From positions 159,030,001 through 159,094,000 of the forward strand of contig OX597816.1 in the NCBI GenBank assembly GCA_951406725.2: a stretch of DNA of 64,000 nucleotides. The letters run 5' to 3'. The notes under the pieces were generated by a model. That model was not told where the DNA came from and made no database searches. It saw nothing but the letters and a program-made list of their open reading frames with translations. The stretch comes from Octopus vulgaris (lineage: Eukaryota). This document shows positions 37,863-51,465 of the stretch, in pieces (positions within the stretch are counted from its first letter, which is position 1; each line of letters opens with the position of its first letter). A program made the translations under genes and the position numbers.

Positions 37863-40099
37863 ATTATTCAACTACCTCTATACCTTTGTCACTGATAGTA
37901 ATGATCACTCAGTGACTGGGGTATAGGGCAGTTGATAAAAACCCGTAACAACGATAACAGCAGCCATATCTTCAAGTAAGCGTCGGTCAAGGAAAAGACG
38001 ACCAAAGTCTAGCGATAAATTCGGGATCCAGTACAGAAACTTATATTCCGTTTTCAATCCAGTTGCCATCTTAAGAGTTACTAAATTGAAATACAGTTTA
38101 AAACAGAAAAAAATAAAACATTTCACTCCATTACATTGAGCAAACTATCAGAGAGAGGGGGAGAGAGAGAGAGAGAGAAAGAAGGGGGGAGCACCGGATG
38201 ATTGCGACTTAGGATGGTTCACACTAGTTGTTCTGTGAATGAGTTAGTGAGTTGCTTTAAAGACAAGCGGCGCCAGGTCAAATACGTCTGAGACACTCAA
38301 ATCACAATCACTTCAATATTTTTATCGATGGTGGCCTAGATTCACAGTCGCCTCTCTTATTTTTGCACCAGGATATATGTAAGCTATTGACAATTGTGTT
38401 GCTAGGAGGTCACATTGTACAGAGCCTAACTTCCAGATTTTAAGACACGATAAATTGTCTAGTCTGTAATATTTCTTTGTCACAGATACACATTACAAAA
38501 CCATTGTTTATTATACACACAACCAGGATACGATCTTTTCCCTCAATCATAGTACGTAATCTAAAGTCGCTGATATTTTCAGTGGAATTTGAACAACGAA
38601 TTACCGGTTCGATTTCCAGCCGTTACCAAACGCTGTATTCCTAGATGTGTATTATATCCAAGACTGGATTCTAATTAGAAATCTTTATTTCTAAACAAAT
38701 CGCATTGGCTATTTTCTGTGGCTTATTCAGAGAAGGAAGAGCAACACCAATGACGATATTGCGGAGCCTCCAAGATTAGTGAGGGGGAAATACGAAACTA
38801 TAAATTATAAATTACCTTCTGATTAGAGGCCTAGGGGTTGAGAGGTGTTAAAACGAAAATCAGACTTAGAAATTTAAAATTGGAAATTCGGCTTTCTTGT
38901 TCAGTTATATATTTATCGATGCTAGAATTGATATCAACTCGTCAATACTTACAATTAAAATAATAAGATGACGAGAACAAATTTGGACAAGCTGAAAGGT
39001 GAATAATTCGTACCCTGCCACCATAGTTGTTATATTGCACTCCACAATGCTTAAATTAATGATGCCATCTACGCAGCTGTAACTAGATAGCACTGGGGAT
39101 GGTTAAACAGTGGGAGCACTAAGTAAAGAGTGTTTTGCTAGTTGGCACCGATGAGCTCAAATTCTTGTGGGAACAAAATCTTCGAAAAGCTAGGATTATA
39201 ACGAGAAAGGGGAAGGGAGGAGAAAGGAGAGGGAGAGGGGAAAGAGAGGGGGAGAGGGGAAAGAGAGAGGGTGAGATAAGAGTCAGATAAATCGCTTAAC
39301 CGCCTGATACCCTGAAAAACTGGTAGGAAGTTTCCGAAGACAGTCACAGCTTCCATCCAGTAGCTACAGTGAATAGAAAAATGGGGGAAGAGTTGGATGG
39401 AGTGAACTTAGCAGTCTTTAATAGGCCTACTCGACAGTTTGTTTTTCATTTGCACCAAAATTTTGTTGCTGAATTCAAAAACGTTTGGGGAAAAAAATTA
39501 AAAAACAAGTAAATAAAATTGCACATTCAAACATTCCTTTATGGCTTTCAATAGTTGAAATTACGAAACCACTCCCAGAAGTTAAAGTTAGTAGGGTCAT
39601 GTTCTGAAGTTAATGTCAAATGACTTAAGTAATGACAAGGGCAAAATGGTGAACGAGGGAATTTGAAAAGAAATAAATATTTTTAAATAAATAAAGCGGG
39701 AAAAGTAAGCAATTCACAGATTCAAATCCTATTTTGCATTTTGAGAATTAAGTTTCTTAAAATTCGAATCGTTTACGAAAATCTGGTAGTCCATGAGATG
39801 AAATTAACTGCCCCGTGAATACAAACGGTTAGAATAAATAGAGGCTCAGATTAAGGAATATAAGCAGTAGGTTAGGTGAGAACAGGAATCAGCTCATATG
39901 TCTTTCTTTAGAACATTGACGATGGATTTATAGATAGAAGCATCCAGGAGGATGAGAAATGCGAAGTTGTGGTATTTATGCTGTCTTTCCAAATTAATTA
40001 GCGATATGAGTAATATGTAGCTAACTGAAAACATCTCGCCAGTTCTATTAGCAAAGAGTTTTCATCTTGCTATAAGAGATACGCTATTTATTTCAGTAA

Positions 40100-40282
40100 T
40101 AATATCTGATTTTAGCACAAGGCAATGAATTCTGAGGATAGCGGGTTAGTCGACACCATCAACCCCAATATTTGACTGGTTCTTTATTTCATCGACCCTG
40201 AATTTGAACTAGGAATGCAAACCACCGGAACAAATATTTGCAAAGCATTTTTTTCCGACCCTCTAACGATTCTGCTACCTCA
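40100..40282 (-). mobile_element. Degenerate family-A SINE
   Basis: gcacaagg...gactggt...atcgaccc...gaatttgaact...ctaacgattctgc. Confidence 0.75.
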
Positions 40283-40283
40283 A

Positions 40284-40330
<47 letters not shown>

Positions 40331-40334
<4 letters not shown>

Positions 40335-40487
40335 CAGCCATGAAACGATCGTAGTGTTTTAATCATTATCTTTTATTAATCTTTTAATACTTTTGATATA
40401 TATTTAAAATAATTTAAATTAATTAATTTTATGTATTGGCTTAAGTTTTTCATTGTTTCATTTGCCTAATAGTGGTTTTATCTCTAA

Positions 40488-40495
<8 letters not shown>
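40331..40495 (+). mobile_element. (TA)n-embedded, 5'-truncated Penelope-like 3' end with a half hammerhead
   Basis: GAAA-CGATCG-TA at 40342-40353 (palindromic stem III + GTA), CUGANGA part missing; T-rich tail; (TA)n on both sides. Confidence 0.45.
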
Positions 40496-40586
<91 letters not shown>

Positions 40587-42146
40587 GTAATAACGTTTAA
40601 CAAATGTGTTAACTTTGGAGTGGGTAAGTGAAATACATTATTTACGACTTTTAATTAATTTTGAAAATAAGCAAGAATTTGGTGGGATTTAGTAAAATAG
40701 AATTGCAATTAGTAATTTAGTGTTCGAAGCATGAGAAACGTTACCTAGAATTATGTTGAGAGGTTTTAATTTAGATAAGAACATTTCGAAAACACATTTT
40801 TGTTCCATTGAAACAGGAGCAGTTTCATGCGGATTGTTATCAAAAGTGTTAATGCAAAATTGTTTTACGTGACTTGCCCAAGGATAAGATGCAATACCAT
40901 AAGGAAGACGCGCTCAAGATTTGAACCACACAACAACAATATAAGGTAAATATTTGTGTACTGAAAGTGCTGCTCTATTCTGTCTCCAAATGCTGGAGTC
41001 GAGGTTTCAGGTTGTAGGGCAACTCTGTAGGTGTTTCGTCCCCTTCCTCTGCGACGCTAGAGCTTCCTAGGACCACCCACCGATGTGACAAAACTCCCAC
41101 ACGAGCTCCGTCGAGTCAAGTGTTGTGACTTTAGACTAGATGCTTCTACCATCTTCAATGCTCGTTCTCGCTGCACCACTGGTCTTCTCTCGAAGACAAA
41201 CTCATGATCTAAACCCACCCAACAATAATTAGATAATTGTTATTTGTACAAGTATGAAAGAGAGGACTAAGAGAGGAGAGAAAATGTTTTAGTTGTAACA
41301 TTCATATTTTTCAGAAAGGCATTAGTAGTGTTAGCAAAATGATACTGCTCAAAATCGAGAATCTAAGCCAACTTGTGGACTACGTGCTCGTAATATATTA
41401 CAACACAAGGCCCTTTCATTGTAAAAGGAAACAGTTTTATTTCATCCAAACATGTCATGCTTGTCTTAAACACGATAATAATGCAAGATGCTATGTTTAG
41501 ATTAACCCTGATCAAGTAGACTTGTGACAAAAGATTTTTTAGCCATGACTTTCTCATTTTTGTGAGATAATCTAGGAATACATTCTCTATTCTGTTCCTT
41601 CTTTGAAGAATGATGGTGTGTGATTTGAGAAATTTGACGGAGATTTGAGTGCTATTTTTAGCTAGTTGCTTTTTCATGGGCTCCTGACCGCGGGGCTTCG
41701 TATGACTTATAGATTTGTCAATCTAATAAGGGTCAGCCAAGGATTAAATATATAACTCAGAAATCCTCGGTGCAGTCGCTCAAACCTCTCAAAATAGCAG
41801 CTAAATTTCCTCATATTACATTCTACCGTCTCAAATTTGGAAAGGACGACACTGGACAATGTAGTCATATATATATATATGTATATACTGGACCACAAGG
41901 TAAAATGGGAGAAAACTGCCTAGAAGGCAGTGTTTCTTTTACCATGATATAATTTAAAATATCAAATATCAAAAAAAAAAAAAATACTGCTAGTTTACTA
42001 GCTTCGGCCCATATTTTAAGGGAAACAAGCAGAATTCTCAGAAGCAAAATTGTTAAGATAAATTTAGTTTTAAAATAAGAAAGGCAAGTTTACACATACA
42101 ATGCAAGCATACGCATGTACATACATACATGTGTGTAGACAAATGT

Positions 42147-42187
<41 letters not shown>

Positions 42188-44454
42188 AAAGCACTTTTTT
42201 ATAACAAGCATTTAAAACAATATCATGCATAGGATATAAACCATCCATAATTATGTGTGTGCATGCATATTATATATGCATGTGCAAGCATATTGTATAT
42301 GTGTGTGTGCAAGCATATTATGAGTGCATGCATATATAATTAGTAGCACGGATACAGATATTCAAAGTCATTTACATTTTGAAATGATACGAGGCCACCA
42401 CTACACATTTATTCAGATTTTGAGATGACGAAGAATGTATTCTAAAAAAGCATAAAACTTAGAAAATCAAAAAGTAATCAAACATCTTTTATCAACTAAC
42501 AGCAGTTGCATCAGTTTGTCTTGGTATTTTTTTTTCTCTTTTTTTTTTTTAATAGAAAAGAAAATGAAATTTCCATTACATGCCATTAAGAAAAAATTTC
42601 CAAAATGTGAATCGACCATGCATAACAGAATAGAATAGAAATGATGTATAAATTCATCGTTTAAAGCGTGCATAGATTTATATAAAACATTCCTGTAAAA
42701 TACAATTTACATTCATAAAATATATTCGCTGTTATACTTCTATGTGCAACCACAGGCACAAGTTGGTATTGTGAGACGTGTGTGTGTGTGTATTCAACCT
42801 AACACACCTACTCAATCATAAATATCAATAATTTGCATTCATACATTTATTTATTTAGTTAGTTAGTTTCCTTTGTTTATTTCTTTGGTGTTTTCTTGTT
42901 AGAAGCCATTAGTTTTTGTCAGTGTAATTATTAATTTATTGTTAGTATTTACCGCCAAGAATACATCAATCTCATTGGCTAATAATGTGATGACGATAAA
43001 CCATTCGTTCTGAGTAATGTCAGCTTTTAGTTTCTTTGTCGCAAGACTTGCGTGCTTCAAATGACTAATAACAAGCAATTTCTTTCTTTGCCACAAGGGA
43101 ACCGAAAATAAATAAATAAACAAACAAACAAACAAATAAAGGATGTTTTAAAAAAGAAACAGGAAAAAGGAGTGCTCAGTGGATTTTTATATGAAATTAT
43201 GAAAAATATGGTTTTATATAAAAATGTAAAAGATACTCACGAAAAGAAAAATACATGACCATACAGAGTAGATGGATGCATACCATAATAGGACTGCTCT
43301 AAACACAAGACAAATATTTTCTGTCAGTTCTAGCCTGTAACTTAATAGACTGATAGGACGTTTCGCCCACGTCAAAAATAGCCAGTATCTCACACACACA
43401 CACACACTTCAGAAACCCCTGCCCAAAAGGAAGGCTCTGCCACCTGACCCTCTTTTTATGTACACTTGAAAGTTACGATGCAATAATAGTACTTAAAGGA
43501 GAATAAAGGTGGTCTCACTAGAATGGGAAAGAAGAATAGTCTTTTTTTTCTTCTGAGTAGTGGGTGCCGAATAACATTTGCAGTATCAGAAAGTAAGGGC
43601 ACTCGAGAGAAAATTGGCTGAGCAGAATGAAAATGCTTTCGGGTCCCGGAAGGTGAAGAGCTTTCAAAAAAATGAAGAAGCAATGAGATTTTAGGAAGAG
43701 GCCGGCAAATAGTTACAGGGTTCTGCGAGCCCCGGTTGAGCTAACCCTGTTATAAACCCTCGTCAAAGGCTCATAGCCAGGACAAGGGATGAGTATAATA
43801 CATAACTGATACTCATTTTAGCAGTCACAGAGGAAATAGTAGCAAAGCCCACCCAGGCAAAATCTGAAGTCAGATGGTACGTCCCTTATTTTGACCCTTA
43901 ACTATCGTTGCCTGCCTCATCACCACCCTTTATCTAAGTGATTATTTCTAAACTAAGCAGTTAATTAGCTCAGAATAATCGACTTAAATCCGGATGCTTG
44001 ACGGCTATTTAATGTATCAAGTAGGAAGTAGGTGATGTTAGGGTAAGCTGAAAACAAAGCTAGTGGGAATCACTAAGCATAGCTAGAGTGTGTGCCGCCT
44101 GGGGCGTCCCTTCCGTTTGCCGACCCAGACCTCACAAAAAACATTGCCTAGAGCAGACCCAAAAGTGCCACCCGGGGCTCACCGCCCCTAATGCCCCCCT
44201 ACCTATGCTAATAGTGGGATTTGAATTTGGAACGTAAAGTGGTATAACTAAATTCTGCAACAATATTTTGTCCGGAGCTGGATCGCCGTTTCGGCCGCAA
44301 ATGAAAAATAATTTCTAAAACCAGTTTTTAAAACATAAATAGTGATTTTTAACAATCGAAATTAACTTCTTTTTAATATAATTCAGTAGCTTATATTGTG
44401 CAGTATATAGCTAGTAAAGTTATCTTCTTGAATGTTTAATTTTTCAACAATAAT

Positions 44455-45130
44455 AATTCTTTCTACTATAGGCGAAAGGTAAAAAAGTTTGAGGGAGAGG
44501 GGTAGTCGATTATATCGATCTTGGCACTTATTTTATCAACCTGAAAGAATGAAAGGCAAAATAGACCTAAGACATTTGAACGCAGAACGTAAAGCCGGAA
44601 GAAATAATAATGATTTGAAATTTTGGCTCAAGGCCAGCAATTTCGGGAGATGGAGAAAGTTGATTACATTAACCCCAGTAATTAACTGGTACTTAATTTA
44701 TCGACCCCGAAAAGATCAAAGGCAACGTCGACCTCGGCGGAATTTGAACTCAGAACGTAAAGACGGACGAAATAGTAATAATCTTTTCTGCTTTAGGCAC
44801 AAAGCCCGAAATTTTGGGGGCGGGCAGTCGATTATATCGACCTCAGTACGCAACTGGTACTTAATTTATCGACCCCGAAAGGATGAAAGGCAAAGTCGAC
44901 CTCGGCGTAATTTGAACTCAAAACGTACAGAGACAAAATAGTAATAATAATCCTTTCTACTATAGACACAAGGTCTGAAATTTTGAGGGAGGGGACTAGT
45001 CGATGATATTGACCCCGAAAGGATGAAAGGCAAAGACGACCGAGATGGAATTTGAACTCAGAACTTGAAGAGCCGGAACAAAATGATGCAATTTTCTTTG
45101 TTCGTTTTGACGTTCCCACGATTGTCAGCG
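44455..45130 (-). mobile_element. Tandem array of ~4 family-A SINE units
   Basis: Repeated gaccccgaaaggatgaaaggcaaagtcgacctcggcggaatttgaactca. Confidence 0.9.
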
Positions 45131-47554
45131 TAAAAGTATGCATGGCTCTTTTTACATAGTTTATAAATGAATGACTACGAAATAATATCCACGAAGTACA
45201 GGAGTGACCCCTCAAGGGAGTAATGAATATTAAAATCCCAATTAACCTAATTCACAAGCAGGAATTAATTGCCTTACGAAGCTAGTTTACTTCCCTTCTG
45301 TTATTTATGTCTTTGAGATAGGAATGACGATCACACAATCCCATTTCCTTTCGCGATAAATTTTTATGCACGTTTAAAGCAATGCATAGATTTATAATAT
45401 GCCTGTCGAATAAACATTGACCGGAAACTTTAAAGTGATTAAACACAGAAAAACCGGACAAAAAAAAAAAAAAAGTGAAACCAACAATAAAGCCTCTCGT
45501 GGCTGCACAACCTGCTAAAAATGACAGCCAGATCTCCTTCAAACCACATCTAACCGCCTGAACAAAGAACGCTTTGGATAATGCAGTCCGGAGAAGACTA
45601 GACATCCAAAAATGAAAAAAAAGGGGTAGATGGTCACGCCTATAATTTTTTTTTTTAATCATAGGCCTATTCGATCAGGACTGAAATGGGATTAAAAAAT
45701 AAAGGAACGGATTTAATTTCATCTCATCGTTCCCGAAACCGAGAGCAAATCTCACAAACAGCAGGGCCTTTTTTTTTTTTTTTTTTGTCTCCGATATCGC
45801 TACTCCAAGAGAAAATTGACAATATGTCAAGTAAAGAATGTCTATTACAAGAAAAGAATATATGTATAATTAAGAAATATGGTAAAATAGTCACACGCTA
45901 AATACTTTTATGTACTGGATCTTCGCAGAGGCTGTCCTACCACATCTCAGAGGTCCTTTCGCTTCCAAATTTATCCCGGTTTTAGCTGATGCTACAGAAA
46001 GTAAACATGTTACACAACAGCATGAAATAACAAACACACAGGTATATAGGTGTCTGTGTTTTGTATATGTAATATATTATCCATAAACTATCCATATTAT
46101 GTCATTAATTACACACACACACACACACACACACGGCCTAGCTTGTCAGGTCTCATTATACATCATTGTACTTAATGACAGCCAATGATGAATTGTGACA
46201 ACTACAACTAGAGCATTACCCCACATTGCACCTCTTGACATCTGAACCGAAACCTGACAAAAGAACAGGTGTCACTGAAAGAGGAGGGCCTTATTAAATA
46301 CATACATTCACTCACAATGCCGTATGTTATTTATTTAACCGCCACACCAAACCAAACCAAACTGGAGAGAAATTGCTTTTTAGTAATTATTTTATGAAAG
46401 AAAAAATTCTATTTGAATGGGGCCTAATTTGTCATAAATACAACATTAATTATCAACGCAAAATTTTGTTTTTCTGTACGCAATGAAGTCTGTAATATAA
46501 AGTATGCGGCAGAAAAACCTCTCATATTTTACACGACCCTTAACGTGGCACTAATAAAATTAAGAAAGTAGGAACGGTATCTTCATGCTGCTAATATCTT
46601 ACTGTTTTACTTCAGTTACCATTATATCTTGGAGCTGTGCATATTGTGCATTTATTGTTGAAAAGTTAGTCAACCTGTAAAATGCGGGGAGGATTTTTTA
46701 AAATTTTATTTTTGTTGCGGGTTGAGATCCCAAAGGAAATCTTTAATCCCTGTTGATTAATTGAATACGTGAAAAGATTTAACTGGCTTATTTGAAGTAA
46801 AAAAAAAAAATAGGGGGTATATTTCAAGTTAAGAGCTTCATACATCATGGGAAAGAAAAGGGGTATTTATTATTTTTTTCCCTAATGTTTTCAATATTTC
46901 TGTTTCATACAACGGACATTTTTCAGAACTTTGCTGCGAGACAATGGGGCTCTTAATCCGAAACATCGATAGAATATAAATGTTGTCAAATCCAGATCTT
47001 ACGCAAGGGTATTTGCAACAAGAAGGCAGTCAAATCGAAATCTTGGAACTGAGAATGAATGCATAAAAGCATTCATTTGAAAACACCAATTACAATTAAG
47101 AAACTGGATTAAAGTGGATAACCAAACAGACATGTAGCCAAATGAATGCAATCATTCGCCAAACGAATTCCATCTCGCTAGTGTTGTTGCTGCGCCCTAG
47201 GTCAACCCTGGTTTGCAGAACCTATTATAAACGTTAGCGCAACAGGGAACATCACATTTTTTTCTTTTCATTTTTTTTTCAAAGCAACCTTTAGGTTAAA
47301 AAGGTATTTTAAGAGAAATTTAGCTGCTATTTTACCAAATCGTACAACCGGTTTAGGGGGTTCCTCGTTGACTCGAGCCTGTTAGTTTTTACTAGGAAAA
47401 ATATCTCAGATTTCGAGTATATTCAAAAACCTTAACATCAAATCTAACTATAAAATAAAAAAGGTTAGCCTTAACTCTCAAGCAAGTATGAACTGGTGGA
47501 TTGTGCCATACTTTCGCTAATTGTTTTAGGTGCCCGTATAGTTGCGCGTAGACA

Positions 47555-47770
47555 TAGACACCCTCTTGGCTTCCTCGCTTGACCCAGCGAAATATCGAGG
47601 ATGGAATAGTTGAAGGGAGAGAAGACTGCACCAACAGTCGGCTGGTAGTCGTTTTCGGCTGAATAGATTGAAACAACGTGAAATGATGCGCCTTGCTCAA
47701 AGGCACACGGTAACAGCTTGGTTCGGAAATCGAACCCACGACCCAGCACTTTGATCATTTGACCACCTCT
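47555..47770 (-). mobile_element. Degenerate tRNA-derived SINE
   Basis: Minus strand ggtcaaatgatcaaagtgctgggtcgtgggttcgatttcc...gtgcctttgagcaaggc..catttcacgttg. Confidence 0.6.
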
Positions 47771-48494
47771 CATTTTATGATGGTCGCTATTAATTGCAGT
47801 TACATACCAATGTCCACTATCATAAAATGAAGCACCAAAGTGTAATAGTGATACAACGTATAGCTCCCTTCAGAGGCCCCTCTAGTGTCACCTTACACTG
47901 TATTATTGATGTAGGGTGAAATACAGAAATATTTAAGAAAACTACCTCTGAGTTATGGGACTTCGAAGGCAATTATTCAAAATTCTGCCAAGATATTTTC
48001 GTAAAACAAGCCACAAAGGACAAGTGTTGCTAAATGAATCTACCTCAGTACATTACTGGTACTCTCAGTTTTCTGGCAAGGCAAGAAACAGAGTTGTTAG
48101 ATTATCGGACAAAATACGCTGCAGTATAGGTTTCGGATTTCTGTGCTCCGAGTTCAAACCCCATACATTACTTCGCATTTTTTTTCGAAGTTTATAAAGT
48201 ATTACTTAAAAACTGGGATAAAATTCTTTCCAACCAACTCTTTTTTTTTTCTCGGTACCGACTATGTTCAAGAAAGGAGCACTCCCACCAATACCCCCAC
48301 AAATCCTTTATCAAGCCCACAATCATTTTGCGAACTTGATAAGAAAAAATGAATTTTAATGGCTACAAAGAGATGACACGTAAACTTAGGTAATATTTGA
48401 ACCTGTATTGCAAGAATGCAGGTATTGAACACTTGATGTATTCCGTCCGGTGCATTACCATTTCTGCCACTCGACCACCTTAATGTACAACTAC

Positions 48495-48640
48495 TCGTAG
48501 CGGCAGCAGTAGCCACAGCAGTAGCAGAACTAGTAGCGCTAGCATGGACAGATAGAGCAGAAGTAGTAGTAACAATGATAGTAGTAGTAGCGATAGTAGA
48601 AGTAGCAGTAGTAATAGTGGTTGTGATAGTAGCAGTAATA
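48495..48640. repeat. Degenerate (GTA/GCA)n trinucleotide tract
   Basis: Direct observation. Confidence 0.85.
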
Positions 48641-48909
48641 GAATATCATCTGTTCATTTGTCCAACAACAAAGTCAATGGGCACACACACATACACACAC
48701 ACACACACTGGAGTGAGTTCAGTCACATAATTTGGTGACAGTGGGACAAAGAGAACTATAATTGTTCCATATCTCGCTGTTGTTGTGATTGGTGTTCGTA
48801 AGTTTACCATTTGCCATCACATTGAATAGTTTGCAATTAAATGATTTATGAATTAAAGTTTACATCAGGGCCGATGACATCTGGTTTCCATTGCTTCAAA
48901 GGCTAATAA

Positions 48910-48960
<51 letters not shown>

Positions 48961-49249
48961 CGTAAAAATCAATCAATCACGCACACATATATACACACAG
49001 ATACAAATGGCTGAGATATTAAACTATTGGCTTAGAAGTTAGGGATAGATGTTTTACTGTATCTGGGGTTAAAGACATTTGATTCTTCAGTTACCATTAC
49101 TGATTAAACCCGAGTCAAGCTGGTTGAAGAAATTCCGGATCAAACCTGTTTTAGCCGAAACCCTTCAGTTTCCAGTCAGCAGAGGACCAAGTGGAGGCAG
49201 TCGGTCTTCAGATCGAATCAAGGGAACCACCATTCACTACTCCTAATTG

Positions 49250-49735
49250 GTTTCAAAATTGGCATAAGGCCTGCAATTTCAGGGGAGCGACTAAGTCGAT
49301 TATATCGACTCCTGTGCGAAATTGGTACTTAATTTAATCGACCCCCAAAATGATGAAAAGCAAAGTTGACCTCGGCAGCAATTTGAACTCAGAACGTAAA
49401 GACGAACAAAATGCCGCTAAGCGTTTTGTCCGGCGCCCTAACGATTCTACCGGCTCGCTGTTTTATTCCCTACTCCAAATTGCTAATGCCTTTTGTTGGT
49501 CGCAACCCCAGACAGAAGTGTCACTGCTTTTCAGTGAAAGGGTGATATTTGAACTCAGAAACCATAAAGCCGGAACAAATGTCGCCAAGCATCCCAATCC
49601 ACTACCATAGACGAATACTTTTTTTTTTTTTTATCAACCCCAAAAAAGTTGACCTGGGCTGAATTTCAATTCAAAGCAATGTCGTGGGACAGTGTATCCA
49701 GCACCAACGTCTCTGCCAATTCACCGCCTTTAAAA
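49250..49735 (-). mobile_element. Family-A SINE copies (degenerate)
   Basis: attggtacttaatttaatcgacccc...gaactcagaacgtaaagacg...ctaacgattctaccggctcgc. Confidence 0.8.
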
Positions 49736-51309
49736 TTTAACTAGGACGACATCCAATGTGTTCTTCCTATTTCGTAATCTGATAGCAAACTAAAATTTTA
49801 ATTTGCCTGTTAATTCTAGCAGGTTGAGCAACCGGATAGAGATCTCTCCCCCATTGGCTCGTTTATTTCTAAATCTCCTACTAAACAATCACTAAGTTAT
49901 AGGTATCCTAGTGCAGAGAACCTAGAAATTCTAATTAAAAATTACATCCGAAGTGAGGAGAGAGAAAAAATATCTGAAGTATTATTTCTGGTCAAGGGCG
50001 ACAACTCCATTTAAAAGAAATTGGACGTCGTGCAAATCTGATTCTTGGCAATGTGGTGACAGCTCCGAGTAAGTTTCATTAAACCTCATCAGTAAAGCAT
50101 AATTTTCTGGGGTATTTAAAAGTGATTGTTTAACCCCATCTCAATCGAAGGCAGTGGACGTTAGCGCATCAGATTGAATACCTTGTATCTATTTCAGCAC
50201 TATGCATTCTGAGTTCAAATCTCGCCCGGTTACCGAAAAACGGTGATACTTCCGTCAGAAATTGCGATCAACAGATAGCATCAATGAAAAACATTTTCCT
50301 TTGTTCGACTGGCAGATCTACCACCACGACCACCATCATCCCCACATATCCTTGATCGAGCAGACTTATAATCAAAAGACAAACAAACCATGACCATCCT
50401 GTGGTGGGGTTTCCAGCAAAAGCGTACCCCAAACTATTATCCCTTTGGTTTAGACAATAGTGTTGCCTGACATGCTGCTATTTCTAGCAGATTTAGCGAT
50501 CACATAGAAATTCCATCGTTGTCTCTTATGCTTAACGGTTACAGACCGGCTATTTACACTTTAGCGTGCAGTTTAACCATAACCCAGATCAGGACATTTC
50601 GCAGTGTAGACTACGGATACTGCGGTAGACCGCACGCTAAAGTAAAACTGGTAAAAAAAATTACATCATAAACTGAAATAAAAATAAATAAATAAACTAC
50701 AGAACCTGGAATGAAGTATTGTCCCTCAGTGTGAAAGATTCGTGAGAGTGAAATCAGCTCAAAAACTTATACAATGCAATTCCTACAGAGTATAAATTAT
50801 TGGTTTCTTAAGTTTTGTGTTAGTGGAGGTTTCTATATTTTAAGAGAAAAGAAATGAAAAATTGTGATATCCACAAATTTCCTTAGGGTATTGGTAATAA
50901 AACTGAGGCGGAGTAACTTCAATCGGGAATTAAATTGTTGGGCGGCTAATCTCTCCTAAAATGGGCGCTCGCCGGGCGGAAAACCTCGCCCAAATCAAAC
51001 GCACGCCGGGCAGTAAACCCCGCCCAAATTGAACGCAAGCAATCGAAGTTTTCTATATATTGATTTCTTTCGATTATGCTTTGGTCGGCAGCAGAGAAAA
51101 GCAGAATAGTGATTAGATCTTAGGAACAAAAGGTAAGAAAATATTGTCGTTTGAATCGTTTAAATACTGGTATTTTTATCGTCTACAAAGGAAGAAAAAT
51201 GAATAAGAAAGAATCGGTTCCAGCAAGGCTTGAACACAATGAGGTACCTCACTTGATCAGATCCCCTAAAGCAGCAAGTCTTGTTTTTCCATGGCCATAC
51301 CCGCTGTAT

Positions 51310-51465
51310 GGGGCACAGGCATAGCTTAGTGAAGGTTACTTTAGAATCACAAAATCTCAGCTTCGATCCAAGTGCGTGTAGTCTTTATCCCTCAGATCCA
51401 CTCATGCCTTGTGAAAGAGCAATTGGATGGGCGGAAACTATGTAGAAGCCCGTTAGATGGATTGT
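51310..51465 (+). mobile_element. Degenerate family-B-like SINE head
   Basis: gcacaggcatagcttagtg...cttcgatcca...ccttgtga...tggatgggcggaaactatgtagaagcccg. Confidence 0.6.

Noticed and set aside
40960-41212. Possible minus-strand coding exon (DHEFVFERRPVVQRERALKMVE...)
   Set aside because: Poor acceptor, in-frame stop, no recognisable family, no partner exons
43584-43695. Possible plus-strand exon (YQKVRALERKLAEQNENAFGSRK)
   Set aside because: Short, weak polypyrimidine tract and donor, no homology recognised
50060-50100. Minus-strand CTGATGA...GAAAC hammerhead-like match
   Set aside because: Stem II is weak, stem III has a C-C mismatch and stem I is out of register
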